Position numbers and translations under genes: made by a program. The notes beneath the pieces are model-generated. The model ran no database searches and was not told the DNA's origin. It worked only from the letters and a program-made list of their open reading frames with translations. From the NCBI GenBank assembly GCA_051362555.1, contig CM120644.1, positions 814,954 to 878,953 on the forward strand: DNA of 64,000 bases. Direction: 5' to 3'. This DNA is from Lingula anatina. Its lineage: Eukaryota; Animalia; Brachiopoda. Numbering within the stretch: position 1 is the first letter of the stretch; the number at the start of each line of letters is the position of its first letter. Below, piece after piece: positions 11,795 to 27,000 of this stretch.

Positions 11795-14433
11795 TGGAAT
11801 AATTTTGACCGGAGACTTTAACCATCTGCCTGACAAATTGCTCATTAAAAGCCACAGATTAAAACAACTGGTAAAATGTCCTACACATATGAACTCCACC
11901 TTAGATCTTGTTTATACCAACATGCAAGATTACTATCAGAGCCCAGTCCATTTGTCTCCTATTGGCTTGTCTAAACATGAAACCATCTTAGTGAAACCTG
12001 TCGCATCACAAATGTTACAATCAGCCAGGAAATGTAAGGTGACTGTCCGAAAATACCCACTTTCAAAACGAATTAGTTTCGCAGATGCCATTCAAAACAT
12101 CCACTGGGATGAACTATACCACAGTGACTGTGTCCATCAGCAATGTGATATGTTTTATCAGACCTTGCATAACTTAATAGAAACCCACTTCCCCACCAAG
12201 GTTGTGACAAGGAGTACACATGACAAGCCTTGGGTGACAGATGAGTTTCGTGACCTAATCATCCAACGCCAGCGTGCCTTTCAACTGAAGGACCCTGAAT
12301 TTAGAAACCTTAGAAACAAAGTAAACCAAGAACGCAAACGGTTACAAACGGTCTACTACAGAACTCAGATTGAAGAGGCAAAATCGTCAGACCCAGGGAA
12401 ATGGTGGAAAGGTATCAATAACATCATGGGTAAATCTCAAAACAGTGCCTCTCTGACCACCTCTGACCACCATGGCCAACCATCTCCATGAGGGGGATAT
12501 GGAAGCACTTGCACAAAACATCAACAACTTCTTCCAGTCCATTACTTCTCACCTAGACCCCTTAGATGAGACGGACTTCCATGATGTTAACATTCCCTCA
12601 CAGTACCAGCTCACAGTAGAACAAGTGGAAAGATCTCTCATTAATATTAACACAAACAGATGGCCAACCATCTCCATGAGGGGGATATGGAAGCACTTGC
12701 ACAAAACATCAACAACTTCTTCCAGTCCATTACTTCTCACCTAGACCCCTTAGATGAGACGGACTTCCATGATGTTAACATTCCCTCACAGTACCAGCTC
12801 ACAGTAGAACATTAATATTAACACAAACAAGGCATCCGGTCCTGATAATATACCGAACTGGATTCTCAAAGACTTTGCTGGAGTTCTCGGTGCACCAGTA
12901 TGTGCAATCTGGAACAATACCATACGTCAAGGAAAGCTACCAACAATCTGGAAATGTGCCAATGTAGTGCCACTGCCTAAAATTAAACCAGCACTGAGCG
13001 TGGAAAATGATTTAAGACCTGTTTCCCTAACACCTATCCTCAGCAAGGAATTGGAAGCATTCATTTTTACATGGCTGTGGGAGATACTAGGACCACATAT
13101 TAAGAAAGATCAGTTTGGCAATGTTAAAGGTTCCTCCACAACAATGGCCTTAATCGAGCTATTTGACACCTGGGCCAAGGCCAGTGACACTCATGGGGCA
13201 CAGTCTCGGGTTTTATTACTTGATTTTAGAAAAGCGTTTGATTTAATAGACCACAATATTTTGCTAGGCAAGCTTTGCAGCTATGGAGTACCTCCAGTAT
13301 TAATCAGATGGGTCCATGCCTTTTTACTAAATAGACAGCAACGGATCAAGTGTGGATCAGTAATGTCACAATGGTGCCATATTCATGGGGGCGTGCCCCA
13401 GGGTACAAAATTAGGACCTCTCCTTTTCATTACAATGATAAATGACATGGAATGTTTTTTACCAGCAGTAAAATATGTGGATGACACTACAGTTTATGAG
13501 ACACTTCACCAACCATCTCCAAGGGAAATAGAACAAGGTGCCAAACCTACACAATCTAAACTTCCCATAGCAGCCTCAAACCTATATGAATGGACAAAAC
13601 AAAATAACATGCTAATCAATCCTAAAAAAACTGTTGAACTGTTTATCTGTTTCAGTAAAAACCCTACTGTACCTGATAACCTAATAATTGATGGTATAAA
13701 AATCGAACAAGTTTCACATGCCAAACTGCTGGGAGTTCATATCAGTTCTAATTTGAAATGGGACTTACATATAGAAAAAATTCTCTCAAAAGCTGCATCC
13801 AGACTGTATTTCTTATGCATGGTCAAACACGCTGGGGTGCCGAGACATGACCTCTTACAAATTTATAAAAGCAATCTCAGACCAACACTTGAGTACGCTT
13901 GTCAGCTATGGCATGCTGGAATTACCGCACAGCAATCTAAAGCCTTAGAGAACATCCAAAAAAGGGCTCTTCATATTATATACCCTGAACTCACTTACAA
14001 CGAAGCAATGGACATCACTGAATTACCTACCTTGAAATCTCGGCGTACTGACTTATGCAAAAAATTATTTAATGAGATAAAACTGTGTACACATAGATTG
14101 AACCATCTTTTACCTAACACTCGTGTCATAGAAAAGGACCTAAGGAATGTTTATAGATATGTTTTACCAAAATGTCGGACAAAAAGATATAGAAACACTT
14201 TTATCCCATACTGTTTATATACGTGTCAATGATCTAGGTCTATCCATTAACTTTTAGCTTTTGAAAATAACAACGAATCACCATTTTTAACCTCATTATT
14301 GGTTTTATAACTTAGAATTTATCTTAAAGCTCTATTTTAGTACTACATCTTTATACTTTTATACATATACATTCAATATATGTCTTATATATTGCAAAGA
14401 ACACAATAAACCCTTTATTATTATTATTATTAT
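11795..14433 (+). mobile_element. 5'-truncated CR1/L2-group LINE (APE remnant plus RT) inserted just downstream of the NLR-1 stop; defective
   Basis: GDFN, TLDLVYTN, KPWVT, LRPVSLT, LDFRKAFD, GVPQGTKLGPLLF, KYVDDTT, LEYACQLWH. AATAAA and (TAT)n tail at 14405-14433. An internal 188-bp tandem duplication (12472/12660) breaks the frame. The flanks rejoin as sequence homologous to the NLR-2 3' region (about 31990-32060). Confidence 0.92.
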
Positions 14434-15147
14434 AATATAAGTGAAAATATGTTTTTATCAACATGTTCGTGAATCATGTCCTAGCTGACATGCCAATATT
14501 TCGTATTTGATAACTATTTAACATTGTCTTGACTAATAATGCTCTGGCAATGTGAACAGTAATAGGACAGATTGTTATCTTATATGTAGCCTGCCTTTTA
14601 CAGCTGCAATGTATTCCAAATGGCATTCACATGTTTATTATGCACAAAATAAGTTTATATCAGTGGTCGTGTATAGTGCAGTGTATATGCATTTTTTATT
14701 ATGTAGTCTTTTTAGTAATCAGATTATATAAGTTCTAAATAAAATACTTTTCTCAGGTTATAATGTGTTTTTCTTGTACGCATGTCCATTATTTGAAATA
14801 CAGTTTATGAATCACGGCAAATAACGATGCAAATTACTTCTATGCCATTTTTTGCCTTCCCTGTTGATAAAATAGCCATATGCATGCAAAACACCTTTAT
14901 AATGCATTCAGAACAAGTTGATACGCGGACTAGCAGATCCGAGGACTAAACATGGCCGAGTCACTTAAAAGGAGAGCCTACTAATTCTCTAATGGGCTCC
15001 CTGCCTCCACACACCCCGACGCTGCAAGGACCTGGCAACTAAACCTCGAAGCCAAGATTTAATCCATTTAATGGTACTGTGGAGGCGGCGAGAATATCAG
15101 GGGTTTAAAAATTATCGTCCATAAAACCAAAAGTAGAAAAAACTCTA

Positions 15148-15240
15148 CTGTCACATACTGTCACATCTAACACAATCCACTGTCACATACTGTCACATCT
15201 AACACAATCCACTGTCACATACTGTCACATCTAACACACC
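15148..15240. repeat. 32-bp tandem repeat CTGTCACATACTGTCACATCTAACACAATCCA (3 copies; 4 copies at 32688-32820)
   Basis: Direct inspection; lies in the block shared downstream of both NLR genes. Confidence 0.9.
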
Positions 15241-17239
15241 CATTACCATAATACCATACAACGTCAAATTCATACATGACTTATATCATTGCTAATGGAC
15301 GTTATATATATTACAGTTTTCCTTGGCAACATGTTTGTTCAATTCGGCCATATATCGTCTTCATAAGAACACGAAGACGATGTTACTTTTACGCTTTTAA
15401 AGGACCTACACTTTGGATTTGACATCCCTTTCAATAAACATTATTTTTAAAAAATCCAACTGGATATGACCATATAATTGAATTGCTTTTCCCATTAACC
15501 AAAATTGATTTAAACATATTAAATTCGCCTAGCAACATTGTTTACATACAGTCGCAGACTGTTAACCAAATTATTAATTTTGTTTAGCAAATTGCTACGT
15601 AATTCTACGTAACCTTAATTTTCTAAGGACTCAAAGACCATCATTATCTTCATTGATGTGGAGGTGCTCTGTCCCACAACAGTGATTTTAAATGCTAGTT
15701 TTAATACCGTTATCAAACATAGCCGATCTTTGTCATAGATAGGTCTATTACTTATCCCTTTTTACTAGCTTAACAGAGCTGGATGTGGCAAAAGTACATC
15801 AAGGTGGCATAAGATAAAAGCTTAGTACTGTTCGTTATTGTTATTTTATAACGATCTCGCCGTATGCTGGCAAAACTCACAGCTGTATTATCGGACGTGT
15901 GTCGGGATGTAGGAATGGTGGTCTGCTGTCAACCATGCAATTGTTTGAATTCCCCATTAATTGTTTCTATATACTTACCCCGATATCTGGCTTAATCATA
16001 CTGTATGAGTTCCAAGATTCGCAAAATCCCACCGTTTTGATGGATTCCTGATTTTACATTTAAGCTGTATTTTTTCTCGTCTTAGATAGATATTTTTGCC
16101 ATTTCTATTCAAATTATATTCTTCTCGTATTCACTGACAAGGTGGCTTAAGTGAGATGAAGATCCCTGATGTGAACAGCGTAGATTATTATAGATTATAA
16201 AAGAACAACTTTATTCAACCCATACATATGCTGAAATTGGTTAACATATATGTGTCTTGATTATAAAAATAAATGTATTACATTCTGTTGATTATAAAAA
16301 TAGAAACCGACCTACATTGCTACCAGCCAACTCTATTTGTATCAAAGCAAAATATTCGGTATATATTTTACGGCAACATGATATACACAAAACACATTTT
16401 GCTACCGTAACAAACTTAGTTCTCTGAAACATACATATAGTGCAATATATTACATTCTGTTGATTATAAAAATAAAAACCGACACCAAATTCGACCTACA
16501 TTGCTGTCAGCTAATTTTCTTTCAAACAACCCCACCCATTACGGTAACAAACTTAGTTGTCTGAAACATATAGTATATTACACTATTCCCCTTGCCAATT
16601 ATTGAGCCGGAGTCTGTCAAATAACATAATTACATACAACATACTGCAATATTTGGAAAACTAAAAATCATGAAATACCATTGTAATGTCATATAACTGA
16701 AATAAGCAAGAAGAGAGACGGCAGAGAGAGACTATCGCTTACTTCCTTCACATGTAAACAGAGACTTCGGAAGATCTTCGAGCCTTTCCCAGCCTGCCTG
16801 CCTGCCTGACCCGTGTATGAGGAATGGATACATCTGGAGATGACAACGATGTGCTATCCACTTAAAAGACAGGACTCCAACCTCAGTCTCACTGCATCTC
16901 TCTTTCAAGCCTACTGCAATGATAAAACATATCAATACCGTAAAATTACGATCCCCCCACCTATTTCTTTTACAAGTAGGCATATATATGCTACATGACA
17001 CAACAAATTTAAGTCAAAGCTCGGCGCATAAAAAGGTCGTAGGTTAAACGCGAGCACCGCACTTGAAACTACTGGATGATATCTTTAAAAGCAGCTGAAC
17101 ATATAACATAAGCCTTAAGACAACTAAATAAAGCTATAAGGCTTGGGGCATAAAACGTAACATAAATGCATTAAAACGAGATCACCGCAACTGCTTATAT
17201 TTCGTTAAATCGTCATAAAAATTTGTTAAACCGTACCTT

Positions 17240-18925
17240 TTATTCAAAGTTGTGGAGGCAGTGTGTCACTTCCTCCCAATACTCTTCTATGTCTCTGTCC
17301 CCCTGCCTGTACTCCCTTCGCAGGGTCTTCAGGCGCCGCTCCATCCGTCTCCACTTCTGCCTCCTCTGGGGCTGAGGATCCCCTCGGTCAGCAGCCCGGA
17401 TGGAGCGCTCCGTCTGGCCCTGGATGTCCTTCAATGTGGTTATGAATCTCCATATTGTTGGGTGCCTAACACCAACCGAATCATTAATTTTCTTGTTGAA
17501 ACCTGTTAAAAAAACTAGAGCATTAATGCAATTAAGAATAAGGTTGTGCACCTTTTACTGCGATTGTACCCTTATTTGTGAAAGTGATGAAAAGTTTGTA
17601 CCACTAGACATGCATTATAAATATGAAATACAGCTCTGCAAATCGGAAAGGTTTAATTGTATAGGTCTTTTTAATTTTGCTTTGCGTCATGACATGTCAG
17701 TGTGTAAACATTACAGATATCATATTCTCTTTTCAGTCTCGCCCAGTACATGAGTTTATTTGTATATATTAGAAAAGTGAATCTCAAAGCTGAGGATATA
17801 TTCCGATATTTCCTTTTGGTAAATCTCTGGTGACAGAAATTGATTACTCTTGCCAAACCTTGCCTTTTTTAATCTTTCAAAATTTTGAAAATACACATCA
17901 GTATGAAGTATATTTACTTTAAAGAAAATAAAAAAAATACAATTTACATTTGCTTATATATTCAGAATGAGCGTTTCACCTAAACAGTATCCATAAACAA
18001 TGATAATATTTCTGAACGTACTTTCCACATGGTTGTTAGTTCTCGTATCCATGTTCTCGTATCCATGTATGTGGTTCTGATGTATTGGCAAAACTCCCCC
18101 ATTGCTGGGAAGCGCCGAATGTAGCGGCGTGTCCTGCGGGCATTGCAGTGCATTTGGAAGTTCTGGCGAACAAGCGCCAAGGGTAAGTAACCCAACGACA
18201 TGAACTTCCGAATGCACTGCCTTACCCTGGGGTTGCGCCTACAAATAGGCACCAACCCCAGTTCCTGGGCGCGTCGCCACAAAGATTGACAGAAGTGAAA
18301 AAAACACCCAGCTATTTCTGCCATTGCAAGCTCCGTCTCCAGGGCGGTGAGGAGACCCACCTCGAAGTCACAGATGACTCTGGTGGGCCTCCATCGGTGA
18401 CGTGTTACCTCTCTGACTTTTCTCTTAAGGGCCTGAAAAAATGTCATATTTTCACCTGCGAGTTATCAAAAATTTTCATATGCACCTCTGATAAGTAATT
18501 CTAATATTTCGAGCCTTTAGTGCATCCGTCATACAGACTTTAAGCATATAGAATGAGAGATAAGCTGCCAACCCAATAGTTTAATCTTTGAAGTCAGTTA
18601 CCATAGCCAAATTTAAAGATTTAAAAAAAGTAAACCGATATAAAAAAGTTTAATTCACCTGCAAAACTTGTCTATAATGGCCAATTGTCCGGGCATCCAT
18701 CAAGCACGCTGCCAGTACTTTCACGCGGCCAAGGCGAAGGCCATGGACGGTGAATACCTGGCGATAAGGGCCCGGACAAGACCGAAAAGTGTCGTCCATA
18801 AAGACGTCCTCACACTGCTGGAGATTCACCATGTTGGCGTCTGTTCCAAAGAGCACAATTCCCCACGCATTATCTTGGAGGATCAGGTTGTTGTCTCCCC
18901 TTCATGATTCCGCCCACGATCCTGT
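17240..18925 (-). pseudogene. Decayed spliced MULE (Mutator-like) transposase; exons about 18925-18659, 18432-18022, 17502-17240
   Basis: FMDDTF..CP..YRQVFTVHG, VICDFEVGLLTA, GCFFHFCQSLWR, TNNHVES|FNKKI, HPTIWRFITTLK joined by GT-AG introns. A short duplication near 18045-18070 shifts the frame. N-terminus and TIRs not found. Confidence 0.85.
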
Positions 18926-21089
18926 TGATAATATATGACGATAATAAAATATAATTTTACGATTAGGCTATGTGGTCATTATAACAGTTATGGCTTTGAA
19001 TTCATGTTACTTTTTTATGCATGGGGGTTCTCTGTCGAATTTGTTGTTTAATTACGACACACTCATAGTTTAATCATTGTAGCTCAGCTCAGTAACCCCT
19101 AACCTCCGTAACGTTTTTTAAATAAACGTCAGCATAGACGAAAATACTCTTTAAAGGGCCTATGAATTTCCCAAATCCATAATACACAAAGTTTAATAAA
19201 ACAGTGCTATTTGTTATTTTAAAAGATGCGTTCCATCATGGATATTGATAGGCCCTAACACTCAAAAGTTGGGGTGTCACATTAAGCCTGACCTCGGGAA
19301 CGGACCAAATTTGAATATGAGTTGCTTTAGAAAATTAAAACATCGTTTTTTTAAAGACGTTTTGTATAAATTCCATTCAATATAGTTATAGAAAATAGGC
19401 CTAGTCCTAATACCACAGTAAACAATGATAGATAGGCCTATAGGGGCCTAAATGTCATCTTTCATCCGTTATGCTAAGTTCTGTCACAAAATATGTTAAT
19501 ATTAAAATTACTGTAGTTACTTTAAAACGTTAATTTATGCCTTTCGTCACGAACGTGGTACTGTAGTACTGGTGATTGGTTTCTATATACTCTTCCTCTG
19601 CCGTAAAATGGGCTCCGTACTCCCCTGAGGTGAAGTAAGAACACTGAACGAACCCATAGAGACCAGGCGTGCATGGTGAAGTCGACTGCCTCGTTTATAT
19701 TGTACATCTAAACTACCTTTAAAAATGTATAAAAACAGCGTAAATGATACGCGGTATGTATGTATATCCAGGCCAATAGGCTTATGACACCACTGGACGA
19801 GAAAGAATAAAAAATCCGGATGTAGATTTACCTCGCCAAACAAAATAGGGAAACGGACATACAGATACACAGAATAATGCTCAACACATGGAGGGGGGGG
19901 GGGGGGGGGGGGGGGCAAAAATATGGGCACTGCATGTTCATCTTTCTCTACCAGAGACCACCCGAGTGATGACGTCATCCCTATGTTAAAATGTTCACAA
20001 GAATGTACAGGAGAGAGCACATGGAAAATAAGCTGGGAATATCTAGTGAATAAACCATATGTGGCTCAGGTTATTGGATAGTTCTTCACATCTTTCCATG
20101 GGGACCGATGTTTTGTTCCAAACACTTTCAAAAGACACGTCTCCAGCATCGTTAACCCTGTCACCCATATTGATCACCAGTATGTGTATTTTGTTTGAGA
20201 ATCAATTCTTATTTGATTCTGTCGTTTTTTCTCTAAAGCGCAATATATTAACGATGCTAAACGTTTTCATCTACTTTTTGGAATCGAAAACAAGTTCAGT
20301 TAGGGTCACATCATAACACTGTACCATTGTCTGCTGCATGTCTAATTGGATTAATAATACGGCTTGGTAATTGAAAACGATAATTGAAAAACGATAAACT
20401 GCATCAACACTTCCTGGTAAAAAGTTTTGTGACATTATCATCGATAAAAGAAACTATACATGCTTTGTGGATATTTCTGCAATTATTTGGTAGCATGAAT
20501 AAATAATGGTTTATGTCAATATCATCAATACGGAAACTAAACAGGTGCGTTTTTTTTAACCTCCCCCAGAAGGTGACCAAACTAAACTATATAACTTTAA
20601 GAATATGCATTCCCTAGGACAGAAGGTCTCTGGAATGTCAGAGTGAAGACATTATTTTTGTTGGTATAATCTGCTGCACTGTGGAACCTGATGGAGAATA
20701 ACATCCATCTGACGTGTTAGTTAAGGGTTGAGATGAAATGACAGATGTGCGGAATAAGGCGCTGGGAAAAGAAGACTTTTCAGGTATAGGCTACTAGCAG
20801 TCTAAGTCGTAACCATTTACAAAACCGTCTTAATCGACTGCACGTCAGATAACGTCGTATATGATGCTTTTAAAATTAACTCTAACTGAACGTTGTTCTC
20901 CATGTTGTTAGGGTCTCTCTGTGCAACATGTCCACATAAAAAGACTGTTTTACTTATTTTCTGTGAACGAACATGTCTCTTTTTCTATTATTGTTATTGC
21001 TTTCTTGGAGTATATATTTTGAAGTTGTTGAAAATAAAACAACGCTGTCGTCATTTCAGGCCTCTAGCTGACCCGTAGACAAGTTCAAC

Positions 21090-24000
21090 ATGGAGTCAGA
21101 AACAGGTTCAGGTAAGAAGCTAAGTGGCAGGAGTGCACGTCCTAGTAACGCAAGTCCGCCCGGACATTAAGTCCTGGGAATGCAAGTCCTAGGGTATGTA
21201 TTGCTAGGTATGGAAGTCCTAGGACATACGTTACTAGGATTTAATGTCCGTAGGACAAAGGCTCCCAAGTAGTGCAAGTCCTACGTGTAGTAATGCACGT
21301 CCTAATGGGACGTGAGTTCCTGACATTTTAGTAACGCATGTCCTATATAGTTTATCCCAAGAAATGAAATGAATAAATACCCTGTAGATATAGAGACATA
21401 CTAGTTTTAAAAATATAATAAACGTTTGCTTTATTCTATTTATATTTTACAATGTTTTCCGATAGGCAGTTTATATGCATATTAATGAAAAAACAAAAGC
21501 AATTAATTTATTTTATGTGTATTCTTCATCTAGTAAACCCAAATTTTGACTTGTTAAAACGCATATTTTTGGCATACTCCTCCCTCAGTGCACAATATGT
21601 CTGAGCCTGGTTTGCCCGTTTTTTTTAAACAAAAGAATTCACAATCCAAAGGCATCCCTTATTTCCATCCTGTGAGGTATATGTACAGTGTATATTATTT
21701 CATGTCCTTTTCTACTGGAGTGTACCTTTTGTGTTTTGTGTCGAAATTCTTATTTTCTCTCCCTCTCTCTCTTTTTAAAAACCTTATTTTCCTAAGAGAA
21801 AAATCACTTTACACAAAACACTTAGATTTATTTTTCGGTTTACACTCGTTGAAATTGAAAAATAACCTCAAATTCGATGGAAATTTGCTCTTGGAAAGTA
21901 TTGGCTGAGATTTAAGACAAATCAAGACAGTTTAGAAATTGAAAATTGCAATATATGTATATAATGTTCTGTAATAACCCTTTGCTATTTTGGTGCTTTG
22001 ATACTTAAAAGACAAAACAAAAAAGTTGTAAATGTAATGAGCACGGAATTTCGAACACATATTAGACATTAAAAACACCATTAAACATTTTGCTACAAGT
22101 AATAAATAGGGGTAAGAGGGGGGTATGGTCAAGTCAAAGATAGGTCTCGAACCCATAGATACAATAGAACGATTGATGATATCTTACCTTGTGGTCTTGC
22201 ACACTAACCACTAGACAGACGAGCTGAAGCTGCAAACCTGTCATTTTTGTCTGATATATAGCTCACCAGAAGGATTTCACATACATTTATAGTTTTATCA
22301 TTTAACGGTAGTGTTGCCTAAGAATAGGACTTTCAAATGGCTGGAATGTAACAGGAATAAATGTCCGACAGTAATACAAGTCCTACATACTCTAATTATG
22401 AGCCAGGAACCTAAGTCCCTGTAGGACTACTATTCCCAAGTAATGTTAGTCTTACGGACAACCATTTTCATTTTCCGAAGGACCTTGGTTCCTGGGGGAC
22501 TTGGATTACTGTTACACTGGGTAAATTAATGCAACAGAGGTGGTTATTCTTACACTAGAGCAGCATATTTGTGCCAATTATTGGTTTGAGGATGTAATGT
22601 AAAACATTTCTTCACGACATAACATTAAGGTCAAACACATTGTCAGCTTTGAATATTTATTTCTAGTTAGTATCTGTAATCCGCCATGAATTCTCGCAAC
22701 CTCGTTTGTTGATGCGTTTGACAGTTTTATTCATTTTTATGTTTTCTCAGTTAATCTATCTAGATTTCTCCATTTATATTTTAAAATTTTGTATAGCGTG
22801 CCTAAGTCAAAATAAAAAAGCAATTAAAAGTTTAAAAAGATAAAATAATTTAGAAATAATGCGAATTTTATTTTATTTACATGCTTATTGCATAATCAAA
22901 TTAAAATTAATATCTACCAGTGTTCCATTTAGGTGAAATGCAACAATTTTGAAAACGTATTCAACTTATTTTCCTTTTGAGACAGTTTCTCAACACTTTT
23001 TAGGTCGAATCGAATACGGAGAATTAAAAAAAGTCCTACTTATATTAATATCCTGCTGATTTGTTGTAATGAGCGACATTTGAAAAACATTGTCGTTAGG
23101 TTGCTCATATTTTAACCTTCCCTGTATGATTATAATCATTGCACCAAATGCCATTTCATCTGCTTTCTGAAAGTACCTATGTTTTATGTATAGATGAATT
23201 TCTAATTATCTTAATAATCTTGTGATCCTATTTGTTATCAACTGACAATGATAAAGGAGACAGACATGGTCATCATCCATATTATATGAATGCAGACTGT
23301 ACAGCCTGCAAATTTCACCTTGAGTAATGAAAAAGGCAAAACAAAAAAATTTGCAACTGCATACTATTACAACAACAAAAAGGGTATGAGATAAGGACAA
23401 TGGAATATGTGTTATAAGAAATTTTTTAATGCCAACGCGAAAATAACTAATGTGAAGTTGGTTTGATTAAACAAAAAAGCAGTAAATTAAGAATGACTTC
23501 TGCTGAAGCCATTAACAAACGTCAACCAAAGTTTTTATGTATGCAAGGATTATTTCCTCATAGGTTGGCTACTATAAGTTTTTTTTTGTTTTATTGCTAA
23601 ACGTGTCTTTTTGTTTATGTTTTAACATGTCATGTATGTTTCTTCTAATTATCGATCAATTTTATACCATTTGCATGTGTTAGTCTTCGTTTGTTTTTAT
23701 ATCTCCCCTATCTTAGTGTGACGTGTCCTTCGATGCATGTAGCACAGGGGGATTCCAATTCGATATCAATATGAATACCTTCCATGTGGTAATGAATCAA
23801 TGTGATCTAGGATAATAATGATCAAATCTTCATTTTGAATTCAAAAGAAGAATTAACTGGTCATTTTCAATAAGACGAAAGGATGAGTGCGAATAACCAT
23901 TGGCAAAGTGCCCATCGTCAATTTTTTTTTAATTTGCTATTATAAAGTTTATACATATATTGGTTGTGTGATAAAATATTATTTGGTTTGAGGCATTGTA

Positions 24001-27000
24001 ACTTAGTATTTTTAATGAGTTATATGTGGTGGTGGGGGGGGGGGGGTAGCCAGATTTACCTATTGTATGCAGTCTAATGAATCAGAGCAACTTGTTTTAG
24101 CATATATATTACATAAATGATTTTTTTGTCAAATGAAACTTGTCTTGTGATGTAAAAGAGCTATATGTTAAATAATTGTGGTGTGGCACAAGTAAATGGG
24201 AAAGTAATCATTGTTTTTTTATCCTAGAGAAGAGAGGGAGGGGTGGCATATTATGGTATTTTCTCACAGAAGCCATCACTGATTTCACTTAACTGTATAA
24301 AAATCTTGTAACTAGAAAAACTTGTTTCAGTGTATTTATTAATTTTATATAACTTTTCTCACAGACCAGCATTTGTTGGTCTAAATAATTGTATTTTTAA
24401 CCAATACACATTTTGTACAAGGCTCTAAGGAATGGTAAAAATGCTAAAAGCAAAAGGCTGTTACAGTAACAACAAAAAAATCATGTGTAAAAGCACTCTA
24501 AACAGCTATTTGGAATGTTTCCATTAACCATAAAATAAACAAGGTTTAAATTGTACCAAAATAATAAGGTATAACTAAAAACTAAATGAAAATATATAAC
24601 ACATAAAACAGTTATGGCCAATAATCTGTATGACAATGAAATTAAATCACCTAAAAAGTACTTCATATATGATTATGTATGTGATAAAGAGCTTGTATAG
24701 AATGCAATGCAAGAGTTATTTTATACAAAATATACAAATATGAGTATAAAAAATGCATAATGAAACAATAGATAATTAATCAGATGTGCTGTCCGAAACA
24801 CTTTTTGTCTCACTAATACTGTCACCACTTGATGTTGCTTAATGTGAGGTATCCAAACAGCCTTCTCCACAAAAGAATTTTCGATTGTATCCCTGCCTCA
24901 CAGCAAACCCCATATACCACAGGACTGAAGTGATATGTGCACAACTTCCAACTGTCTTGGAACCAGCTTTACACTGACAGTACCAGACACTGATGGGTCT
25001 AGTTTTGCTATGGGAGGTCTGAATCCATAAGGTGTACTGGTGGCAATAGATGTGTGCCTTAATTAATTATTTTGGCTGTGATTAAATCAGGTGAATCCTT
25101 GCATACACTGATATCAAACTGGTCATCTAGCAGATGCTCATCAGTATATTGGCTAGCTTCTTTTATCTGGTAAACTTCTGGTAATTATTAAAGGCTGGTG
25201 GTCTCTTGTTTGGACTATTTACCAAGTCACTAGGTTTCCAGATTTCCTTGACAAATAAAGCTATTCATAGCATTTTGGTGAAAATGAAATAAAAAAAAAA
25301 CTCTGCAAAGCTATTATGAATAGTGCTGGTGTGGAAGATTAGGTCATAAGTAAAAAAACTAGGATGTGTGGGATGGAGCATTTTATTTTACTCTTTATAC
25401 AAAATAGACATAAAAGGGGACATTTACACAAAACTTTTGGTTGCACAAAATGTAATTTCATGCCCATTAGAGGGGGTTGAGTCAAGCCACCCTTATGTGT
25501 AGAGGTCTATTACAGCATGGGTCTCTATATAAAGTAGGAGCCACCACAATGTACATCTGCTATTTAGATAATTAATATAACATCGAATATCTGAAGCACA
25601 TTTTACATTTGATCTTTCTTAATCCTAAGAAATTAGAATCAAAGTATGATATACTTACTGTATTTGGACTCTATTTCCTATCGATATCCCCCCCCCTTTT
25701 TTTGGGGGGATAGCATGCATTACATGAAAATGACTTTTCTTTTTTTGGTTGTAATTGAAAATATTTTACTGACTATAACCCCTATTTTCTATCAAAGACC
25801 TACATTTTATTTTGGGTTGTTCTTTTTGTACAAAAGTTTCACTGTATCTGCCTAGCCATCCTATGTAAGCATGTAGCAACTACCTCATGGCAGGAATAAA
25901 CATGGTCGCCTGCTAGCATATGGACTGAAAATGTCATTATTTAGTTTGAGTACATATCGAGCCCAACCCTCAGACAAGCTGATTTTCACATATATTCATA
26001 TCTTTTCAACCGTGAATAATTAGCTTGTCTGAGGCAGGGACTCATAAAAAAAATGAACATCTTTTATCCTCAAGTCACTGTAAGATTCTTCTTTCAATCA
26101 GCACTACATTTAAGAATAAAGCAATCAATATATTGATCACAAGCAGTGATTGGCCACTTATTGCCTTTCTTTTTTACACAGGCACCTTCTGTACCCAATT
26201 ACAAAATTTCAAAGTTGTCACCTTACTATATCTAAAGATATGTAGCATTACAATTCAGACCCCCCCTAAAACACAAATTTTCAAGAATATTTGACGAGGT
26301 CATTTTGCCTTTAATTTTTCATATTTCAAATTCAATAAAAAAAAATTTATGTGGATCATAAAAATTTAAGACCCCAACTTTAATTTGGCATCAATTTTTT
26401 TTCATTCATTCACAATCTATTTTTCATGTATAAAAGGGGGCACTTTTACCCCCTTATTCGCACTCATCCTTTAACATATGTCTTTCTTTCAGATTCATGT
26501 CCTCAAGTGGACTCCACTGAGTCGTCAACTACGGACGTAGTAGACACCCAGCATTTATATCCTCCATTACCAACTGAAGAGACAATGAATACACAGACCA
26601 CAGTGACAGGTCTTGCAAGTGTTGATGTGGAAACCAGTTCAGGTAATACCCTTTCCCTCCCTCCCTCTCTCTCTTTCTCCCTCCCTCCCTCCTAACTCTG
26701 TGTCACCGCATCAGGGCCTCCATCGACGTCACTTTCTGAAGTCAGCATAAGACCATTTTAGCCTATGGCTCTCTCTCCACACCTGGGCTACATGTACCAC
26801 GAGGACATATAAATAGAGTACCTGCCATGACCAGATGACCATTTGTGATATCTAACTTTAAATTTTATGCGTGATGGAGTGCCTCTGTTAGATGTGACTG
26901 CCTGTTACCTTTAACAAAATCGACTCAGTTAACCGTGAAGTTATCATATACGTGTATATATTGTGTTGCTTCGGGCCCGTCATTTAGATTACCTTTAAAA

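Noticed and set aside
16732-17001. Short ORFs or a possible exon downstream of the MULE remnant
   Set aside because: Splice-like signals exist but there is no recognisable protein or partner exon.
22135-22226. Functional tRNA gene
   Set aside because: A and B boxes are present but there are no convincing acceptor or anticodon stems.
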